Under the pieces are notes generated by a model. It saw only the letters and a list, made by a program, of their open reading frames with translations, did no database searches and was not told the origin of the DNA. 27,185 nt of DNA from Thermoguttaceae bacterium. Its GTDB lineage: Bacteria; Planctomycetota; Planctomycetia; Pirellulales; Thermoguttaceae. Positions 22,037 through 27,185 of this stretch are shown piece after piece. The translations under genes and the position numbers were made by a program. Within the stretch, counting starts at the first letter, position 1. Every line of letters begins with the position of its first letter. The stretch lies in the NCBI GenBank assembly GCA_036447015.1, contig JAZFUB010000432.1, positions 1 to 27,185 of the forward strand, in the 5' to 3' direction.

Positions 22037-23521
22037 CTATGTCAACCCGGCGATCTTCTGGATCAAGAGCACGATGCTCGACCGCTGATAGCTGAGAATG
22101 CTCAGGCCGGCCACGGCGTTGGCGGCCAGATCTTGGAAGTAGGCCAGTCTCACCGACTCCTCGGTATTGTTGACCAGGTTGATCGCGTCGATGGAAGTTT
22201 CCAGATCGTCTTCCAGATCGCTCAGCAGCCCGGAGGCGGAACTGATCGCCGCATTGTAGAATCCGTCGACCGAGCCTTCGATTCGTGTCAGGTCGGCCAA
22301 GGCCTGGTCGACGACGCGAATGGCGTCGGAGCTGTTCTTGCCGACGCCGTTGAGCGTTGCCAACGAAAGGGACCCACCGCCGACCAACTGGCTCAAGCGT
22401 CCGGCCGATCCGCCGAGTTGGCCGGGCAAGGCACCCTGAATGGCGAGCGTAGAGCGACGGCTTACGTCTTCCGTGAGGGCGAAGGTCAGGGCCTCGCCGC
22501 CGACGGTGACGTTGTCGAACGTGCCGGTGTATCCGTCGAAGAAGGCGATCTCATAACGGAAGCCGCCCTGATTGACCGTGAAGCGACTTCCGTCGACCGC
22601 ACCGGAAGTGGCACCGTCGTAAGTGATGCCGTTGATCACGGCCGAGGCGTTCGTGCCATTGGCTGTTCCGTCGCCGTTACCACCGGTCACGGCGAACGCC
22701 CCGCTATCGACGACGACCGCAACGTCGGCCCTGCTGCCGTAGTTGTCGCTCGATAACGTCAGCGTGTGAGCGACCAGATCGACGGTGGCGGAGACGCCCG
22801 TCTTGTAGCTCAGGTCGTTGATCTTTATGGCCACCGAGGCAAGCGAATCGAACTGGGTCATGCTGATGCTATCGTTGCCAAGATCGCCGGTCAAGGTGAT
22901 GGCGGCGGTATCCGTGACCTGGTCGCTCGCATTGCCCGTGTAGACGAGGCTCGCCCGGGTCGCGCCGGTTGTGACTTGGCCGGAAATGGTTTGGGTGGGC
23001 AGACTGCCGTCGGGCACGAGCGACGAACTGGTGGCGTGAACGATCAGGTCGACCACCTGGTTCTCGTTGAGTGCCGAGACCGTGAAATCGGCCGAACCGT
23101 CCAACAGGGTCCGCCCGTCGATGTTCGTCATGGCCAGGCTATTGATCTGGTCGAGTGCGGTGTCGATCTGTGTTTGGGCCGCAGCCCGATCGGCGGCAGA
23201 AAGCGGGGCACTGCGGTCTTCGTCGAGCAGCAATTGGGTGCGAATCGTGTTCAACTCGGTTCGAATGCTATCGATCACGCTCTGCGATTGCGTGATCATG
23301 CTGCTGGCGGCCGTCACATTGGTCATCGTCGTCTGCACGATGCCCAGGCGAGATTGAAATCCGCTGAGCCGAACGAAAGCGGAAGGATCATCACGGGGGG
23401 AGTTGATCTTCTGACCGGTCGCCATGCGCAGGCTGCTTAGTGTCGCAGCCGCGCTGGCTTCGGCCAGACTGTTCAGCAGGCTCCGTTCGATGCCCGAAAG
23501 GGTTGCTCCGATACGTCCCAT
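22037..23521 (-). CDS. Divergent flagellin-like protein
   Basis: N-terminal flagellin helix (LRMATGQKINSPRDDPSAF...NVTAASSMITQSQ...IRTQLL...AQTQIDTALDQINSLA...DGRTLLDG). Thr/Gly/Ser-rich central region with an IN-like motif (VAIKINDLSYKTGVSAT). C-terminal AIRVVDQALADLTRIEGSVDGF. The ATG at 23521 has GGAG upstream. Confidence 0.85.
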   Translation of the reverse strand: MGRIGATLSGIERSLLNSLAEASAAATLSSLRMATGQKINSPRDDPSAFVRLSGFQSRLGIVQTTMTNVTAASSMITQSQSVIDSIRTELNTIRTQLLLDEDRSAPLSAADRAAAQTQIDTALDQINSLAMTNIDGRTLLDGSADFTVSALNENQVVDLIVHATSSSLVPDGSLPTQTISGQVTTGATRASLVYTGNASDQVTDTAAITLTGDLGNDSISMTQFDSLASVAIKINDLSYKTGVSATVDLVAHTLTLSSDNYGSRADVAVVVDSGAFAVTGGNGDGTANGTNASAVINGITYDGATSGAVDGSRFTVNQGGFRYEIAFFDGYTGTFDNVTVGGEALTFALTEDVSRRSTLAIQGALPGQLGGSAGRLSQLVGGGSLSLATLNGVGKNSSDAIRVVDQALADLTRIEGSVDGFYNAAISSASGLLSDLEDDLETSIDAINLVNNTEESVRLAYFQDLAANAVAGLSILSYQRSSIVLLIQKIAGLT

Positions 23522-23555
23522 GAGAATTCGACTCCACACCGCGCGATTGCGAGTG

Positions 23556-25877
23556 TCATTTCCTTGTTAGCCAGGGCGCCAGGATTTGCTTGGCTCTGCG
23601 CACGACACCCATTTGGACATTTGTTTCATTCGTTGCCATCAGATAGGATCGGAAGCTGGTGATGACCTCGCGGGCCCTGTTTTCGACGTTCATGCGTCGC
23701 CGGTCGCGGGCCTTGCGCAGACTGATTTTCAGTTCGATCCTGGTTCGTATGGCACTTCCCGACACGGAAGCGTCGCCTTCCGTCTGGGGCTGTTCCTCTA
23801 GGAAGCAGAGATCGACGCGAAAGGCGATCGGTCGATCGGTCAGGCGTCGCAGTGTGCCGTATTGTTCGACGATCTCCAGAGAAACGTGATTGCCGTTGAT
23901 CTTGAGGATCTTTGCCCTGTGATCGGCCACGAATCCACGAAGCTTCTCGATCGCCATTTTCACTGGGACGGACGTAATCAGCACTTGCTCGAGTAGTTGC
24001 TTGGAATCCGTTTTCTCGATCTTCGAGGCCCCCGTCGTCGTCTCTCGAGGTTGCCCGTCTTCCGACGCTTCGCCGTCGGGTCCGGTCCCCAATTGGACAA
24101 CCTGATTTCTTCCACGCGACTTGGCCATCAGGAGTGCTCGATCCGCCCGACGGAGCATGGTTTCCGGGGTATCGCCCGGCTGGATCTCGGTCACACCGAA
24201 GCTGACGGTCACGGCGCGGCCTTCCATCATCGATTGCGGCATTTGGGCCAACCTCTTGCGGATTTCCTCGGCGCGGCGGGTCGCCGCCGTATTGTCGCAA
24301 TCGGCACAGAGCATGACGAACTCTTCGCCGCCGTACCGTGCCACGAGGTCACCGGGGCGACAGGAACTCTTCAGCAGGTTGGCCATGGCGCGGATCACCT
24401 CGTCGCCCGCCTGATGGCCGAAGGTGTCGTTGACATTCTTGAATCGATCCAAGTCGCAAATCATCAGCGCGCAAGGGACCTGCTGCTGTTGGTGGGTAGC
24501 GGCGAACGTGGCATGCACCCGATCGAATTCCGCCCGGTTGGCCACTTGGGTCATCGGGTCCTTCGTGGCCTTCTCGTGCAAGCTCTGGCACCGTTGTTCC
24601 AGTGAGATCTCCGAGGAGGCGTCGTGAAACAACAGGATCACTCCCAGGATACTACCGTTGTCGTCGAGAACGGGAATCGCGTGCGTGTCGACCGAGATCG
24701 GGCGCTCGCTACGCCCGCAAATCGTCATGCGCCGTAACGATTGGGTACCCGAGCGGATCGCGCAACGGACCGGGCAATCGGAGTGTGCGACTCGGCGGCC
24801 CTTCTCGTCGGATAGGTGCAGCAGGCTCGGATCCCATCGGCGCTGGACGACGCTACTGCCGCCGATGCCGGTCAGTCGCTCGGCGCCCCGGTTCCACTGC
24901 TGGATCTGTCCGGACGCATCGATGAAGACGACTGCATCGTACATGTTGTCCAAGAGCTTCGTCTCGAACAGCAGATCGTCGCTTGGTCGGTTCTTCGACA
25001 ACGGGACGAAGTTGAGCTGCCAGTAGGAATTGACGAGATCCGGGTCGAGCGAGTTGAGCCACCGTCCGGTAACCTCCTCGCGCAACTGCGATTGATCGCA
25101 GCTATGGAATTCGGCGAAGCTGTTAACCAGTTCCGCATCGAATTGCGACCCGGCACAATCGAACAGTTCCGCCATTGCCCGCTCGTGCGAGATGGCCGAC
25201 CGATAGACGCGGTCGGTCACCATCGCGTCGAAGGCCTCGACAAGGGAAATCATCCTCGCCGCCAGCGGAATGTCTTCGCCACAAAGCCGATAGCCTTGCC
25301 GTGTACCGTCGGATCGGGCTCCCACATGCTCGACGATGTCGAGGATCTCCTGCGAGACGCAACAGTGGCGAAGGATCTCCAAACTCATTCGCCGCGACCG
25401 CGCCATCGTGGCCGCTTCGTCCGAATCGAGCATGCCCGGCTTCAGGAGAACGCGGTCGGGGACGCCAATGATGCCGATATCATGCAACAACGCAGCCACT
25501 TCCAAGGCGTCGCGGCGGTCTTCCCCCAGTCCCATCTTCAGCGACCAGACCGAACAGTTCAAAGCAACGCGCAAAGCATGCCTCGCCGATGCTTCGTGTT
25601 TGCAACGCAGGGCGGCAAACAGGGCACCGCCAATCCCGAGGCGGACCTGTGCGAGTTGGTTGTCGACGGCCTCGCTGGTCGCCGGTACCGGCCCAGCGGA
25701 GACTACGGTTTCGGCAACCTCCGAGGGTTCCTCCAACTCTTGCAGCAGCGTGCCGATCTCGGAGACCCAGAAATCGGTCGCCACCAACGGCGGATAGGGG
25801 GGATCGAATGTATCCGGCGCAGCCCACTTCGCGGGCGTTTCAAGACTTTCCGTGTTGGGCCCTGGAGTCTTAGCCAT
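23556..25877 (-). CDS. Diguanylate cyclase: degenerate HD-GYP-like + PAS + GGDEF + unknown C-terminal domain
   Basis: HD: LLHDIG...KPGMLD...GEDIPLAARMI...AFDAMVTDRVYR. PAS: LLDNMYDAVVFIDASGQIQQWNRGAERLTG. GGDEF: DPMTQVANR, DLDRFKNVNDTFGHQAGDEVI, RPGDLVARYGGEEF, ADRALLMAKSRGRN. The start is uncertain (25877 or 25946). Confidence 0.92.
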   Translation of the reverse strand: MAKTPGPNTESLETPAKWAAPDTFDPPYPPLVATDFWVSEIGTLLQELEEPSEVAETVVSAGPVPATSEAVDNQLAQVRLGIGGALFAALRCKHEASARHALRVALNCSVWSLKMGLGEDRRDALEVAALLHDIGIIGVPDRVLLKPGMLDSDEAATMARSRRMSLEILRHCCVSQEILDIVEHVGARSDGTRQGYRLCGEDIPLAARMISLVEAFDAMVTDRVYRSAISHERAMAELFDCAGSQFDAELVNSFAEFHSCDQSQLREEVTGRWLNSLDPDLVNSYWQLNFVPLSKNRPSDDLLFETKLLDNMYDAVVFIDASGQIQQWNRGAERLTGIGGSSVVQRRWDPSLLHLSDEKGRRVAHSDCPVRCAIRSGTQSLRRMTICGRSERPISVDTHAIPVLDDNGSILGVILLFHDASSEISLEQRCQSLHEKATKDPMTQVANRAEFDRVHATFAATHQQQQVPCALMICDLDRFKNVNDTFGHQAGDEVIRAMANLLKSSCRPGDLVARYGGEEFVMLCADCDNTAATRRAEEIRKRLAQMPQSMMEGRAVTVSFGVTEIQPGDTPETMLRRADRALLMAKSRGRNQVVQLGTGPDGEASEDGQPRETTTGASKIEKTDSKQLLEQVLITSVPVKMAIEKLRGFVADHRAKILKINGNHVSLEIVEQYGTLRRLTDRPIAFRVDLCFLEEQPQTEGDASVSGSAIRTRIELKISLRKARDRRRMNVENRAREVITSFRSYLMATNETNVQMGVVRRAKQILAPWLTRK

Positions 25878-26173
25878 GGGTGCCGGTTCCAAGCGATCGA
25901 GTGTTTCGTGAATAGGCGGGCAATGCTGGAGAATACGGTTACCCACCCGAGCGCCGTCATGCCCGAAAACGACGCCCTTCTTAGTGCGGCCAGCTATTGA
26001 AAGCCTAGTTCACGTGTGAACTTCGGTCAAAATAATTGCATGCCTGCAATTCGGCCTCGTGGCATCCGGTCAACCGACTGGCCGCACCGTGGTGATTCTT
26101 CGCAACGGTGTACACATTCGGCCTCACGCGTTTCCAATCTTTCACCACAATCGTTGCGATCGGGCAGCAAGTC

Positions 26174-26202
26174 TTGCCGATCACGGACCGTTCGGCTATC
26201 AT
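26174..26202 (+). promoter_or_regulatory. Putative sigma70-type promoter for the FAH gene
   Basis: TTGCCG-17 nt-TATCAT, 60 nt upstream of ATG 26263. Confidence 0.55.
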
Positions 26203-26262
26203 GTTTGGCAGTCGCAGTCGGAAGTTGCAGTGGAACGTATCTATCACGAGCAGGAGTTCTCC

Positions 26263-27120
26263 ATGAAGCTGGTAACCTACCAAAGCGAGCAGGGGCCGCG
26301 GGCGGCCGGTGTGCGTGACGATAGCTATGTCGATCTGAATCGGGCCGATCCGGCCGTGCCTGCCTGCATCAAGGCATTGCTGGCTCAAGGTCCCGAGGGA
26401 ATCGCTCGGGCCGAGAGGGCCATGGCCGCCGGTGAGCCGGTGCCGCACACCGACGTCGATCTGCTGCCGCCGATCCCCAGTCCCGAGAAGGTGATCTGTA
26501 TCGGGCTCAACTACGCCGACCATGCCAAGGAAAGTGGTGCCGAGCCGCCCGGCGAGCCGGTCCTGTTCAACAAGTTCCCCTCGGCCGTCTCCACCGCCGG
26601 CCGGCCGATCGTCTTGCCGAAGCTCAGCCGAGAAGTCGACTACGAGGCCGAATTGGTCGTGGTGATCGGAATCGGCGGGCGGCATATCCCCAAACAGCAA
26701 GCCCTCGAACACGTCGCTGCCTACTGCTGCGGCAATGACGTCTCCGCACGCGACTGGCAACTTCGAAAGCCGGGCGGCCAATGGCTGCTGGGCAAGTCCT
26801 TCGATACGTTCGCCTGCTTCGGACCGCACCTGGTGACCGCCGACGAAATCGACGACCCGGGCAATCTGGAGATCCAGCTCCGACTGAACGATCAACAGAT
26901 GCAAGCTTCCAACACGGCCCAATTGATCTTTCCGGTCGAAGAGTTGATTGCGTACGTCTCGGGCGTATGCACACTGAAGCCGGGCGATCTGATCTTTACC
27001 GGCACACCCTCGGGCGTGGGGTTCACGCGTACGCCGCCCGTCTTCCTGAAAGACGGTGACACGGTCGAGGTTGAAATCGAGAAGCTGGGTATTCTGCGCA
27101 ATCATGTGATCGCAGAATAG
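26263..27120 (+). CDS. Fumarylacetoacetate hydrolase family protein
   Basis: KVICIGLNYADHA, VDYEAELVVVIG, NDVSARDWQ, GKSFDTFACFGP, TLKPGDLIFTGTPSGVG. CAGGAG RBS. Confidence 0.95.
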   Translation: MKLVTYQSEQGPRAAGVRDDSYVDLNRADPAVPACIKALLAQGPEGIARAERAMAAGEPVPHTDVDLLPPIPSPEKVICIGLNYADHAKESGAEPPGEPVLFNKFPSAVSTAGRPIVLPKLSREVDYEAELVVVIGIGGRHIPKQQALEHVAAYCCGNDVSARDWQLRKPGGQWLLGKSFDTFACFGPHLVTADEIDDPGNLEIQLRLNDQQMQASNTAQLIFPVEELIAYVSGVCTLKPGDLIFTGTPSGVGFTRTPPVFLKDGDTVEVEIEKLGILRNHVIAE

Positions 27121-27185
27121 ACAGCCAGTATATGGGCGGTTTATGCGGTAAGTGGCAAGCGTGGATGACTAGGCAGTCGTGGGAG

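Noticed and set aside
25878-26262. c-di-GMP riboswitch upstream of the cyclase or the flagellin-like gene
   Set aside because: I could not find the GEMM-I core (GCAAAC...GACGCAAAG) on either strand. An Infernal/Rfam scan was not possible.

Overview
High-GC bacterial window, most likely a planctomycete (inferred from HYExAFE-family, DUF6677-like, sulfatase and BNR genes). It is gene-dense and carries no integrase, transposase, CRISPR array, rRNA or tRNA that I can recognise. In order: trkA (runs off the left edge and is absent from the ORF track), a small membrane protein, a DUF6677-like membrane protein, two tandem UroD/MtaA-family genes, a secreted BNR sialidase-like protein, an N-acetylneuraminate-lyase-like aldolase, a ROK kinase fused to a Mth938 domain, a double Zn-ribbon protein, a HYExAFE protein, a HEAT-repeat protein, a small membrane protein, a DegT aminotransferase, a DUF58 protein, a TgpA-like transglutaminase, a YchF-like ATPase, a broken glycoside-hydrolase-like gene, a sulfatase, a divergent flagellin-like protein, an HD-PAS-GGDEF diguanylate cyclase and a fumarylacetoacetate-hydrolase-family protein. 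The non-coding DNA contains at least five different families of REP-like inverted-repeat doublets. The most notable observations are: (i) a ~2.4 kb HEAT-gene segment bracketed by two inward-facing copies of a REP family that occurs as an intact ~70 bp doublet elsewhere in the window; (ii) a glycoside-hydrolase-like gene apparently shortened by several internal deletions; (iii) the ROK-Mth938 fusion; (iv) a diguanylate cyclase directly upstream of an atypical flagellin. All family assignments come from motif recognition, not database searches.
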